From: Octopus sinensis
Taxonomy: Eukaryota
Assembly: GCF_006345805.1 (NCBI RefSeq)
Contig: NC_043007.1
Coordinates: 12,648,001-12,712,000, forward strand
Direction of reading: 5' to 3'
Length of the DNA: 64,000 bases
Below, piece by piece: positions 1 to 12,391 of the stretch (the stretch's first letter is position 1; each line of letters begins with the position of its first letter). The notes beneath the pieces were generated by a model, which worked only from the letters and a program-made list of their open reading frames with translations, did not search any database and was not told the DNA's origin. The translations under genes were made by a program, and so were the position numbers.

Positions 1-802
1 TATGAATGTTTATTTTCTTATATAATTTTGTTTTTTTTATTTATTTATTTATCCTGTAAAAGGCTCCATCACACAAGATGAAAGTGTTATTTTTAGTTCA
101 TTAAAAGCCTCGCTTTTTCAAACGTACTGATTTTATCTTTTGACAAAATTGCTAATTTTCCACACATTGGATGGGTCTTATGAAAAGCAGTATTATGAAA
201 TGTTGGCCATATTTTCATTTTTTTTATTATTTTTTTTTACTTCCTTTCATCTTTTAGTCAGAAGGGAAGGCAGTGCTTATGGCCCTTTGCAGGGCCTCTT
301 GAGACTCGTAGGAGGGCGGGAGGAAGATATCCACAAACCGGAAACCTGGCCTGTTATGTTTGCAACAGACTGTACTCTCACTGAAAAATTCCCTATGTTC
401 CAGGTGATAGTATTAAACTGAGTGGGAAGTTGAATCTACTGGCCATGCGGGGACCCATGGTGGGATTTGAACTGAGAACGCAGAGAGCCAGAACAAACAC
501 TACAAGGGTATCTGGACTGATGTTCTTACACTTCTGCCAATCTGCGGCTTTGGAATAGTATTCTCTTATTGACCACGAAATGATAAAAAGTAAATTTGAC
601 CCCAGCTGGACTTGACCTCTGAGTATAGAGTCAGAACAAATGCCACAAAGTATTCATCTGATGCTCCAATAACTCCGCCAATTTACCATTGAACTTTCCA
701 TTAAACCTTGTTTTACAGTAGAATTTGGTTTTGACTATAAGACATGTATTACATCTTATATATATATATTACGTCATATATATGTATTATATCATATATA
801 TA

Positions 803-1165
803 TCATCATCGTTTAACGTCCGTTCTCCATGCTAGCATGGGTTGGACGGTTCGACCGGGGATCTGGGAAGCCAGAAGGCTGCACCAGGCTCCAGTCTTAT
901 CTGGCAATGTTTCTACAGCTGGATGCCCTTCCTAATGCCAACCACTCCGTGAGTGTAGTGGGTGCTTTTTACGTGCCACCTGCACAGGTGCCAGGCGAGG
1001 CTGGCAATGGCCACGGTCGGATTGGTGTATTTTATGTGCCACCGGCACGGAAGCCAGTGGAGGCGGTGCTGGCATCGGCCACGAGTCGGATAGTGCTTTT
1101 TATGTACCACCAGACCAGGGATCCTGGCTGGTTCAATTCGATTTCAATTTCGCTTTCCCCAACAT
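803..1165 (-). mobile_element. Family B repeat (RTE-type LINE 3' UTR, (GAT)n tail)
   Basis: CATCATCGTTTAACGTCCG...GCTGGATGCCCTTCCTAA...GGTGCTTTTTACGTGCC. Other copies at ~22955-23138, 26781-26970, 30868-31168, 32158-32525, 41366-41658, 43995-44168, 47415-47853, 59455-59865, 63325-63554. Confidence 0.85.
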
Positions 1166-1288
1166 GTCTTCACAAGCAAATATATATATATGTATACATT
1201 ATGTTATATATTATGTCATATATATATATGTATATATTATGTCATATATATGTATATATTATGTCATTTATATATTATATATATAGGC

Positions 1289-1324
<36 letters not shown>

Positions 1325-1332
1325 ATAGTGAA

Positions 1333-1673
1333 GGCACGTGGCTCAGTGGTTAGAGCGTCGAGCTTACGATCGTGAGGTTGTGAGCTCGAATCCCATCCGG
1401 GCTGCGTGTTGTGTTCTTGAGCAAGACACTTTATTTCACGTTGCTCCAGTTCACTCAGCTGTAGAAATGAGTTGCGACGTCACAGGTGCCAAGCTGTATC
1501 GGCCCTTGCCTTTCCCTTGGACAACATCGGTGACGTGGAGAGGGGAGGCCGGTATGCATGGGCGACTGCTGGTCTTCCATAAAAAAAAACAACCTTGCCC
1601 AGACTTGTGCCTTAGAGGGTAACTCTCTAGGTGCAAACCCATGGTCAGTGTCTGACGGAAGGGGGTCACCACC
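1333..1673 (+). mobile_element. tRNA-derived SINE
   Basis: A box TGGCTCAGTGG, B-box-like GCTCGAATCC, then TTGTGTTCTTGAGCAAGACACTT...CACTCAGCTG central domain; inserted in (TA)n. Confidence 0.8.
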
Positions 1674-1681
1674 ATATATAG

Positions 1682-2141
1682 GCAAATAAGAAAACGGAGA
1701 GGATATAAAATCAACAGACATCAGCCAGTAAACATTCCAGTATGACTATTTATTCAAATGTATGAGAGGTACAGATTCTCGAGGAGAAAAAGCTGGTAAC
1801 TGCATAAACAAGGGTGTGAATATATATACGCATTTAGAAACAAATGAACAAATTGTCAAGAAACTGAATGGGTGTGCAGGTGCTAGTTCCTTACAGCTGT
1901 TTCATTGCCTCTTGGCAGAAACAGCTGTAAGGAACTAGCACCGGCACACCCATTCAGTTTCTTGACAATTTGTTCATTTGTTTCTCTATATGCGTATATG
2001 TATTCACACCCTTGTTTATGCAGTTACCAGCTTTTTCCCCTCGAGAATCTGTACCTCTCATACATTTGAATAAATAGTCATACTGGAATGTTTACTGGCT
2101 GATGTCTGTTGATTTTATATCCTGTCCGTTTTCTTATTTGC
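1682..2141. repeat. Long near-perfect inverted repeat (arms 1682-1903 and 1918-2141)
   Basis: Base-by-base reverse complementarity with scattered mismatches; the 14-nt centre contains TGCC-TCTT-GGCA. Confidence 0.95.
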
Positions 2142-2286
2142 TGTATAAATCATGGGTAAATCACTCTTTTACTCAATTTCGAGATTGCCATGCAATAACT
2201 AGCACTTGGCTATGAATAACTGAGTACACTACCAGCAGTATATCAGATAGGTACTATCCCTTAGTTGGTTTCTCAACCTCTAACTC

Positions 2287-2290
<4 letters not shown>

Positions 2291-2348
<58 letters not shown>

Positions 2349-2388
2349 TAATATATATATATATATATAATATATATATATATTATAT
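2291..2388. repeat. (TA)n microsatellite
   Basis: Long TA run; others at ~1180-1327, 14247-14295, 17570-17607. Confidence 0.95.
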
Positions 2389-2530
2389 AGAGGGCATCAC
2401 TATACATAAAAGCCACATGCTAGGATGGACTCTTAAAGTCAAAACTACCAAAATAAATATTTTGGTAGTTTTGACTTTGAGTCCATCCTAGCGTGTGGCA
2501 TTTATGTATAGTAATGCCCTCTATATAATA
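2381..2530. repeat. Inverted repeat (arms 2381-2455 and 2458-2530)
   Basis: TATTATATAGAGGGCAT...CTACCAAAATA-AA-TATTTTGGTAG...ATGCCCTCTATATAATA. Confidence 0.92.
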
Positions 2531-2637
2531 TAAATAAATATATTTAAAAGAAAGATTGGTGAATTTTTCTCTTATGAGGTTTTTCACGCTAACTACTTCA
2601 TAAATTCTTATAAAGATTTTATCCTATTTTTAAATTG

Positions 2638-2668
<31 letters not shown>

Positions 2669-4637
2669 GTAAAGGCTTGGTTATTGATTAAATTATACAT
2701 CATGGTTTTACTGTCAAGCAGAAGTAAAGCAGTCTTCATTATCAGTTAAGTATGTGACTAATTATATCAGGATCATAGGTGTAGCTTGATAAAGGTTTTA
2801 GCTGTAAAACATTAGTTTTGGAAGTGTTAGACACACTCACACACACACACACATACCTATTTATATACAATGAAATTTTACATAGTTTTAGTCTATCTAA
2901 TTCGCTCACAAGCCATTGATCAGGCTGAAGGCTATAGTAGAAAACACTTGCCCGAGGTGCCGCATAGAGGAACTGAACCTGAATCCATGTGATTGCAAAG
3001 CAAGTTTCTTATCCATACAACCACACCTGCACCTATTTGTGTGTGTGTACATGTATTAATAATATCCTTCTGTGAAACAGAAGGATCTCATCTGTAAGAT
3101 AATGATAGTAAATAAACTTATTCTACCCACCCACAATCATCACCATTATATACACATACACATACACTATTTTAAGCACAAACTTGTGACTGGAAAGAGA
3201 AACAAAGGCCCACTGTTGGGATTCGAACCATGCATCTTTTGCTTGCCAGCCACATGTTGTTTATGAAAGGAGAAATCTAAGATTTGTATGATTTACATAC
3301 CTTAGAAAATAGTTATTGTTTTTACATGGGTAGTAACACTTTTGTCAGGTATCTGTTCATTCTGGCACAGTTGGTTTCTTCTGTTTCTGCGATCATAGTC
3401 CACGTCAGTTATTGTTTGTCCAGATGGGTTGGAAGACAATGTGTGCGTTCATTTTGTTGTATGGCATTGAGACATAAAGAGTAAATGTAAAGAAACGGTA
3501 GTGATAAGAGAAGCATGATTTAAGTTTGGGTCATTTTATGCACCCTATGAATTTGAGAAAGAAGATGAAGAGCCAAGTGAACTGAGGAAATAGCTGGTTA
3601 CCAAAGATGTAAGTTGGTATATGGAAGACAGATGATTGCAGTTTTCTGAATATGTGATGAGAAAGATTGTAGTAAAAGGCAGCTGAGGTAAATTTAGGAT
3701 GAACATGAAATAGATAAATCAGATTGTAACCTAGCATTTAAACTGGTCATATCTACCTCAGATAGTCTACCTGTTTTATGTTCAAACTAGCTAGATCCAG
3801 CCTCTCACACCTACCCTACAATGTCATTCTAAAAATAAACAATCACATCATTGAAATCTCAAAGCTACAAGATAACATGTAACTATAATGTGAATAAATA
3901 TGCATTACATTTGATAGAGTAATCTGTTTGCTAAAGGGTTGAATCAGGTTTTTCAGATTAGATAAAGAAAGAAAAAAAAATGGTGGAAGTAATCATAGCA
4001 ACACGAAATAAGAAGAAGAAAAAAAAAGATATTAAAACGACGATGCTGGCATTAATGACATGTTTATTTGACAGAAAGCAGTTAAATCAAGGCTGGCAAT
4101 ATTATTCTGCTAAGGTATATTATTGATGGTTTGTTTGCACACATGTAACTTTGTTCCCAGAAAGTTTAGAATTAGATTGAACTGTTAGAGATGTTGGGGT
4201 ACAAATGACCCAAAGCAACAACAACAGCAACAACAAGTGAAAAGTACAACAGTGAGTCATCAAGTTAACCTGTACTGTCTGTTCAAGCAAGGATTAAATA
4301 TACCTTTAGCTTCACAGATTTAATATATATAATTTGATCTCAAGTTGCTGTTGTACTTTTTGAAAGCCATCAGTGTCTATGAATGTACATTATTTGATTT
4401 TCTTAAAGGTGGTTCATATTTAGTGTGAGTTTATGCATTTATAAAGATTAGAAGACATGATTATATATGTGACATGTAGTTCACTCAATAAATGATCTTG
4501 CTAAATTATTGAAGAAGCGATCACTCTTTCTGATTGAAAAGGTTGTTTATAAATTTCATTACAAAAAAAAAAAAAAATAATCTGCAGAACAATTGTGGTC
4601 ACTAGATTATAGTAACCAGTCAAGAGAATTTGATTAA

Positions 4638-4859
4638 CCCTTTCATTACTGTATTTATTTTGAGATACTCTGTGTTTCTTTCAATTATTTTAAATATAAC
4701 AAAGAATTTAGTAGAATAACTTAATTCTCATTAAGCTAGTGTTAGGAACATAAATTGTGACTAAGGTTTGGTGGAAGATTTTAATTCAAAAATTTATGAA
4801 AACAAGGCATTTGTACTACAAAGCTAGAGGGAGTTTCAGCCATGTTAGTATTGAAAAGG
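4638..4859. mobile_element. piggyBac-type MITE (TTAA TSD, CCCTTT termini)
   Basis: TTAA at 4634-4637 and 4860-4863; homologous to 5010-5230 and 28291-28872. Confidence 0.82.
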
Positions 4860-5009
4860 TTAAACACACCTCTACATTTGGGTAGAGGCACATTAGTAGT
4901 AGTTGGAAGGGTGTGGATTAAAGGAAATTTAGGCTATTATTTCCAGCATAAAGAGTGACGACATCGAAGTCTCCTCTTATGTCTTCTGCTGATTATTTTT
5001 TCTTTTTAA

Positions 5010-5230
5010 CCCTTTTGTTACCATATTTCTATTGAGATGCTCTGTGATTCTTTCAATTAATTTTAGATATAACAAAGAATTTAGTAAAATAACTTAGTTA
5101 TCATTAAGCTAGTGTTAGGAACATAAATTTTGACTAAGGTTTGGTGGGAAATTTTAATTCAAAACTTATGAAAATTAGACATTTGTACACAGAGCCAGAG
5201 CCGGTTTCAGCCAAGTTGGTAATGAAAGGG
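5010..5230. mobile_element. piggyBac-type MITE
   Basis: TTAA|CCCTTTTGTTACCA...TGGTAATGAAAGGG|TTAA. Confidence 0.85.
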
Positions 5231-6514
5231 TTAAATCTCAATGAAATTTAAATGGCAAAATAGTGGCCAGAAAATATTTCAAGTAGTAACAAAATAATGG
5301 TTACTTGCTCTAAAATAATTTTACTGTTAGGTTTTTTTCTAGTCATAAAGGAGGAAATCCAGGACAGTCTTAGACAAGCAAGATTTCTCAATGGTATTCC
5401 CTTTTTGTTGAATTTAAGAATCCCATCATTATTAAGTTGTAGAAATAATTGTCTTGAAGAATATAACTAATCCTGTTGAATTTGCAACAATTCAACCTTC
5501 ATTGCCCAATGTATTGCTGGCATTTATATTATTAATTCTGTAGAAGTGAAAGGCTGGATATTATTAATGATTTGCTTGCCACCATGTAACTTCACTCCAC
5601 AAAAGCTTCAAATTGGATAATCCTGACAGATCGTAGCTACAAATGACACAGACAAAATACTGAGTCATCCGGCCAGCATAGACTCTCGTTTCAGAGAACA
5701 ATTTAACATGTGTTTCTTTGATGTAATATAGGATTCAGTTTGAGTTTCTTTACAAGTATAGAAACTGCTCTACAGTTATAATTTTATAAAACACAAAAAT
5801 GCCAGTAATATGACCATCAGTCTAAAACACTATAAAATTAGTTATATTTTCACATGAGAAAGGAAAGATTATAGAATTAAAATATATATATATATTGTAA
5901 CCCAGTAGTCTAACTAGAATATAGAGTAGACAGCCATTGTGTGTGTGTGCCATGGCTCAGGTTGGCACAATAAGGTGCATTCTTCTCTGTCGCCATCCTC
6001 CTTCTTGTACCTTGAGGGTATATCCTGACATGTCATCACCATCTTTCTTTTTTCAACTGGGGTAGTCATGTATATCCTCTACAGCAAGACACCTGTTCCT
6101 CTCCCTCTGTCATACTCTTACCTCTTAACACCTGGCACAAACTGCCACCCTCAATACTGCATGCCGCTCAATCGAGGGGTCATGTCTTGTCAGTTTCTTG
6201 GTGAACCTCACTAATGCCAGTGACATGGTAAAGCACCCAGTTCACTCAGTCGAAATTATTGGTGTTGGGGAGGGCATACAATCATAGAAACCATACCAAA
6301 ACAGATATGGACACTGAACATAATTATCTAATCTGTCAAATCCTGCCAGCATGTAATTCAAACACTAAATGATGATGATGATGATGATGGAATCAGGTTT
6401 TTCCATATTGCTCTGTGAAATTTCTTCACATCGCCTTTCTGCTTCCACTGTTACTTGCTTCCTTTCTTTTATTATGCCACCTCCTTTCCAAGGTTGTTGG
6501 GTTTTATTTTTTTA

Positions 6515-6924
6515 AAATTTGCATAAAGAACCTATTTCTTTGTTGAGTAACTTGTTTCATACATGAATGATTTAACCTATTTTAACAAGAATTACTTTTT
6601 GACATACAGAATTTGGGAATAACTAAAAAAAATGAATTTAAAAAAAAAAATCTTTCCCCCTCCTCTCTTCTGATCTCTGTTGTTTTGTAATATCCCGTGA
6701 ATGAATAAAGTTACAGTCGTGAATCTGACTCATTATTTAAGAATTTGTTTATGGGATGTGGCAAGTTTATATGGCATATTGTTGCGTATCACATATCTGG
6801 GCTGAATAACTTTTCTGGCTGTTTGAAAGGATTGTTGTGATTTATCGTGTTAGATCTAATGAAGTACTTAACCACAAATATTAATTAATTACTCAACAAA
6901 GAAATAGGTTCTTTATGCAAATTT
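6515..6924. repeat. Perfect 36-bp inverted repeat pair (6515-6550 and 6889-6924)
   Basis: AAATTTGCATAAAGAACCTATTTCTTTGTTGAGTAA and its exact reverse complement. Confidence 0.9.
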
Positions 6925-7264
6925 AAGGGTCTACGAGGTGTTGTGCAGTACTTATTGGACGTAAAATTCTGCATAGGTGTCACTGTTTTTATCACTGATG
7001 GTCTTCCTTAAACACAAGTGGGCAATGATCATATATTCATGCATCCATCCATCCATCCTTCCCTCTTCTAATTTCAAGGTTTACAAACTGACATAAGAGG
7101 AAGTTTTTTGTCATAAAATGAATAGTTGTTACATCAATTTAGTTACTTAAGATCTTCAAAACCAGCCTCCCCCTATTCAGTTACAAAGAATTATTTTAAA
7201 TGTTAAGCGACATGCTTAAATTTCTTATTTTATCACTGCTCAATCTTTAACACTTTTGTTACCA

Positions 7265-7674
7265 GGCGCAGGAGTGGCTGTGTGGTAAGTAGCTTGCTTA
7301 CCAACCACATGGTTCCGGGTTCAGTCCCACTGCGTGGCAGTTTGGGCAAGTGCCTTCCACTATAGCCTCGGGCTGACCAAAGCCTTGTGAGTGGATTTGG
7401 TAGACGGAAACTGAAAGAAGCCTGTCGTATATATGTATATATATATGTGTGTGTGTGTCTGTGTTTGCCCCCCCCCCCACACACACACATTGTTTGACAA
7501 CCAATGCTGGTGTGTTTACGTCCCCGTAACATAGCGATTCGGCAAAAGAGACCGATTGAATAAGTACTAGGCTTACAAAGAATAAGTCCTGGAGTCGATT
7601 TCCTCGACTAAAAAGGCGGTGCTCTAGCATGGCCACAGTCAAATGACTGAAACAAGTAAAAGAGAGAAAAGAGT
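7265..7674 (+). mobile_element. SINE family A (GGCGCAGGAGTGGCTGTGTGG head, internal microsatellite, AAGTAAAAGAG tail)
   Basis: Near-identical copies throughout the window; Pol III-like head TGGCTGTGTGG...GGTTCAGTCC. Confidence 0.88.
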
Positions 7675-9862
7675 ATATCTCTAACAAAAAGCAATTTCAG
7701 TTAATTTTGTAGATAGTTGAAATTTATTGGGCTTTTTGTAAAATTAACTTTCGTTAAAATAATGTTGAGTAAATAAAACTTAGCCAAATCTTTCATTATC
7801 AGTTATAACAGCAAGTTTTAATTTTAAATTCTTTAAATCCTGAGGCCATCCTACATGCTCTCAGGTGAGTTGATACCAAAAGGGTTAGGTTCTGCAAAAG
7901 ACTCGACTGCTTTTTCTAGCATGCCAGGTAACCACACAAAAGAGCTCTCTCATTGATCTTTAAATGTGGTTATCGTACATGTGTTACATGCTCCAACTAG
8001 GCTACATATCTGGTTTTATTATTTATATATAACTTTATTAAAGACTGTGACTGTTATCTGTTTGCAAAAACAATCATTTTTATAATGTACTTCTTTTCTT
8101 AATAAAATATGCCAGGTCACTTTCGTAGAACATTTTGTACCCCATTACTTGCTTCATAACCAAATATTCAAATCTGAGAATTTCTGGAATTTATTACTAC
8201 TTAACATTTTTATTTCTTGTGTAGCATCGCAATAATAATAGACTTTAATTAACTCATTAACAGTCTGTATTTGCTTTGTTATTATTAAAAGTACTTCTTG
8301 ATTGATTTAACAGCTTTTAACTAATTTTTATTTCATTAATAAATTAAAACAAAAACAAAGAAAATAGATGCAGACATGGCTGTCTGGTAAAGAAGTTTGT
8401 TTCCCAACCATAGGATTTTGGGTGGAAACTAAAAGAAGCATGTGTTTGTATAACCCTTTTTAGCATGATAGTTGTGAACAATTGTCATAGCAGCAGTGTT
8501 CTTTATTTCAAATCACATGTGAAAACATGTCCACCCATGGAGAAATATTACCTTGCTTGGAAACAGGAAGAGTATCTGGCCTTCAAAAATTTGCCTTAGT
8601 TAATTTCATACAACCCATATGAGCATCATCATCATTTATCATCTGTTGTCCATGCTGGAATGGGTTCAACAGTTTGAACAAGGCTGGCCTTAAATTCCTA
8701 GTTACCACTGTAGACTCATCTCCTTGCTGGCTCTTAGTAAGCTTCAGTATAGTGGCCATGCTTTGGTAACCATCTTGGCTGACGGGTTAAACACAATGAG
8801 GGTGTCTGTACATAGAGACAACATCCCCATCCTCTCAAGGCTTCATAAAGAGAAATGGTTTCTATAATACACTGACAAAGGATTAAGTGCTTAAAAATTT
8901 GAATGCCTATACAGGCATGGCCATGTAGTTAAGAAACTTGCTGTACCTCACTCTACCTTGGACAATAGCCATTGGTTAATGCCTTGTGAGTGAAATTTGC
9001 TTGTCAGGAACTATACAGTAGCTTGTCATATTGGTATGTGTGTGTGTTAGTCTCTGCATGTTTTCACATTGAGAGAACTTGGGCAGTGGTGACATTTGTT
9101 TATATTCCACATAAACAGTGTCCCTTAGTTTGGCAATACAATGTGCCAAGACCATTGATACAAAGTATATTACTTAAGAGCAAGCGTTAGGTACAGTATT
9201 CAGCCATATATAGAATATTATCTCAACAAGTCTTGTCCTAACCCTACCAAAACAGGGGGGGGGGGATCTTACACAGAAGTAACCCTACTAATATTTTGGG
9301 GGGACCTTCTGTACTGAAGTAACCGGAGGAGATAAGTGTAGCTCAAAAACCTTTCAAAATACTGCGTATTATTATTATTTGAAAGGAGCACATATTCATA
9401 GAGTGGATCATTTTTGAAAATAGCAGAAAATTCAGTTGTTTTGATGGAGTTAATAAGTTCAGTAGAGTGTGGGTTATAAATGGAGAGAAGAGGCAGTCGG
9501 ATTACAAACCAGTAATTGAAGAATTTGTGTGTATGTGTGTGCGTAATCTGTCTGATGGTTGTTGTAATCTTTGTCAGAACATAATTGGTCTTCGTAAAAG
9601 GTCATTGGTTTGTTGACACCAGAGTTTGTTTGGATTGTGAATATCCTTTCCTGCCCCTTGGTTTCATGCTGTACTAAAGTAGATGTGAATGGAGGCTTTT
9701 GAGGTCTTTTACAACTGAATACAATTTTTGTTACTAATTACTATGACAAACCATACCAAGTGTGTATATTGTACCTCTAGTAATAGACAGGTTCTCTTTC
9801 GGGCTTAAGTGACTGAGGACCAAAACAAAATTTTGTTGCCTTGTAAAATAAAGTAAAATATA

Positions 9863-10240
9863 GGTGCAGGAGTGGCTGTGTGGTAAGTAGCTTACTTACC
9901 AACCACATGGTTCCAGGTTCAGTCCCACTGCATGGCACCTTGGGCAAGTGTCTTCTACTATAGCCTCGGGCCAACCAAAGCCTTGTGAGTGGATTTGGTA
10001 GATGGAAACTGAAAGGAGCCCGTTGTATATATGTATATGTATATATATGTGTGTTTGTATGTCTGTGTTTGTCCACCCAACATCGTTTGACGACTGATGC
10101 TGGTGTGTTTACATCCCTGTAACTTAGTGGTTCGGCAAAAGAGACTGATAGGATAAATACTAGGCTTACAAAGAATAAGTCCTTGGGTCGATTTGTTTGA
10201 CTTAAGGCCGCAGTCAAATGACTGAAACAAGTAAAAGAGT
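9863..10240 (+). mobile_element. SINE family A
   Basis: Same head, body and tail as 7265-7674. Confidence 0.88.
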
Positions 10241-10467
10241 AAAATAAAATAAAATAAAATAAAACTCTGATGATGAGGAAGCGGAAGAGAGGTGAAGATG
10301 TATGCGTAGGCATGAGTGTACATATATGCATGTTCACAGTACATACATTGTTAGAATTAAGCAAGGATGGGAACAGATTTCCAGTGTCAAAGTTGATTAT
10401 CATCAAATACAGCTGGTCCTGAGATAAGCACTAGCAACCTGAATTGGTGCATGGAAAAGCTGTATAC

Positions 10468-10501
<34 letters not shown>

Positions 10502-12359
10502 TCTAATGAGTAACATGTTGAACAGAATCAAGGAATTTAGATTCAGTGTGACAAAATAAAGAGACAAGTTTACACTTAACTGATTGTTAGGTAAAATTAC
10601 TAGAATGATACAAATGCATTCTAAAGAGGTCATTTAATTCCAAAACAAATTTCTTGAAACAACAGCAATTACTGTGAGATCAACCATTTAAGAATTTTGG
10701 GATAAAAATTTGCTTTACAAGGAAAATATTAAAAAAAAAATTATTGAACAATATATTACCTTGGTATGCTAAGTTTGAACTATTTCTACTGTCAGCTGAT
10801 GCTAGTAACACTGCTGAAATTATTTTTGAGAAAATACAATTTGGTCTTTGATAGACCTAGACAGGCATGTTACTATATTCCAAACAGATTTGTGTTACTT
10901 CCCAATAGCATATTCTCAGTTTTGGTGGGTGAGTGATGGACTGGAGATGACACTATTGTCTTGGGTACCTTCATCATTGACTAACTGATTGGCTCTCAGC
11001 AGAAGAGGCAAAATGCTGCAGAAATCAATGACAGCAGCTGGTGGGGGTAAGGCTGATGGTAAATCACCTGTACTGAATGGTCTAGTCTACAGACTTGGCA
11101 TACACATGCCAGATTTGTATGCCAGCGTCTTGGCAGGCATCTGTCAACTGCAACCAGCAGCAGAATGGAAGATTCTAAGTTTTGAGAGTCAAAGAGTGGT
11201 GGTGTTGCTGCTGTTGTTAAGCAACAGGACGGGTAAGGGTGATTAGGTGATGATCTAGGGCTTAGGGGCGGGAGACCCCAGACCTTGAGGGGGAAAAAAT
11301 AAAAACTTTGGTCGTCTTGTTGTAGTCGAGGGCTCTTCGTTGATGCCTGACACCACTAGGAGGTGGCCCTTGAAGTCGCTGGAAATGGAGATCTCCAGGT
11401 TCAAATTCTTGGACGGCTGACGGTACTGCTGAGGAGGGATGCAAACAAATGGGGACATATTGATATTTTGTAGGTGATGGTGGATAGGGAGGTGCTGCAC
11501 TCTCCTAAAGAGGTGGGTGAATGTGGTAAGAAGGCCCTAGAGAACAGGCCTAATCTGAACATGTGCCTGTTGGCTGAAGAACACAGCTGGGAGAGGGCAC
11601 TTACCATTGGCAATTTTAGTAGTCTTAGACCTGTGGGATTTCTTGTGGAATGTCTCCCTGTTGGAGCATCTTGTTCCTTTTTGTATGCTGGTGTTTTTAT
11701 GATTGAGTTTGGCACCTTGCCTCCAAGATGTTTTACTTGGTCCTGTTACTATCCTCCTCGTCTATTACTCTGTGGAAAATATAAGAAATCATAGCCAAGG
11801 CAGAACTACTGTTATTTTCTTACATCACATTCTTGTGATAATGTCTGATAATTTTCTTCCAAGCTACTAAAAAAAAAAGAAGAAAAAGTAGAAAGTTTAG
11901 TGAGAGTGGATTAATGGTAGAAGACACAGGTTTTAACTGTTCTCAACTGACTTACATCTTGTCAGTAACTGAGCAAATTGATAGCACGGTTTCTTGAGCA
12001 TTTTCTTTAACTACTTGTAGATAATGTAGATGTGCGCACACACACACACGTGTGTGAGTGTGCTTGTTCAACCATCCAATCAACCATCCAGTCAGCTTGA
12101 ATTTTCAATGATTGGACCCTTCTCTCTATATTGAGTCCCTTACTCAGTAAATGTTCCATTGTTATTAATTAACTTTTAAATAATAACCTCAATTTAACAG
12201 TCTGCAGGTGTGTGTCTTTTTTTTTTTTTTTTTTACCAAAACATGGGGAGATACTGCAAGAGATATCAACATAAAAATTTTCCTCTTTTTGTTTTAAACA
12301 TAGTTTGTGACCAACATCATCATTGGTTACATATTTCCAACCCAAATCTCTGATTCATT

Positions 12360-12362
<3 letters not shown>

Positions 12363-12391
<29 letters not shown>

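Noticed and set aside
940-1110. Regularly spaced GTGCTTTTTA(C/T)GTGCCACC units resembling a CRISPR array (also 32320-32480, 47640-47710)
   Set aside because: Internal tandem units of a LINE 3' UTR; spacers are related to each other, no cas genes, eukaryotic context.
829-1353. 174-aa ORF and similar ORFs containing FLQLDALPNANHS
   Set aside because: Translations of family B repeats and TA microsatellite.
1333-1410. tRNA-like sequence (also 24059-24130)
   Set aside because: A and B boxes present but cloverleaf stems are broken and SINE bodies follow; these are SINE heads, not tRNA genes.
9777-10406. 209-aa ORF and recurrent QIHSQGFG / LPNPLTRLWSARG ORFs
   Set aside because: Antisense translations of SINE family A.
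11255-11794. Cluster of overlapping ORFs in moderately GC-rich sequence
   Set aside because: Only a faint resemblance (NLEISISSDFKGHLLVV) to an L1/Tx1 endonuclease remnant; no splice or domain support.
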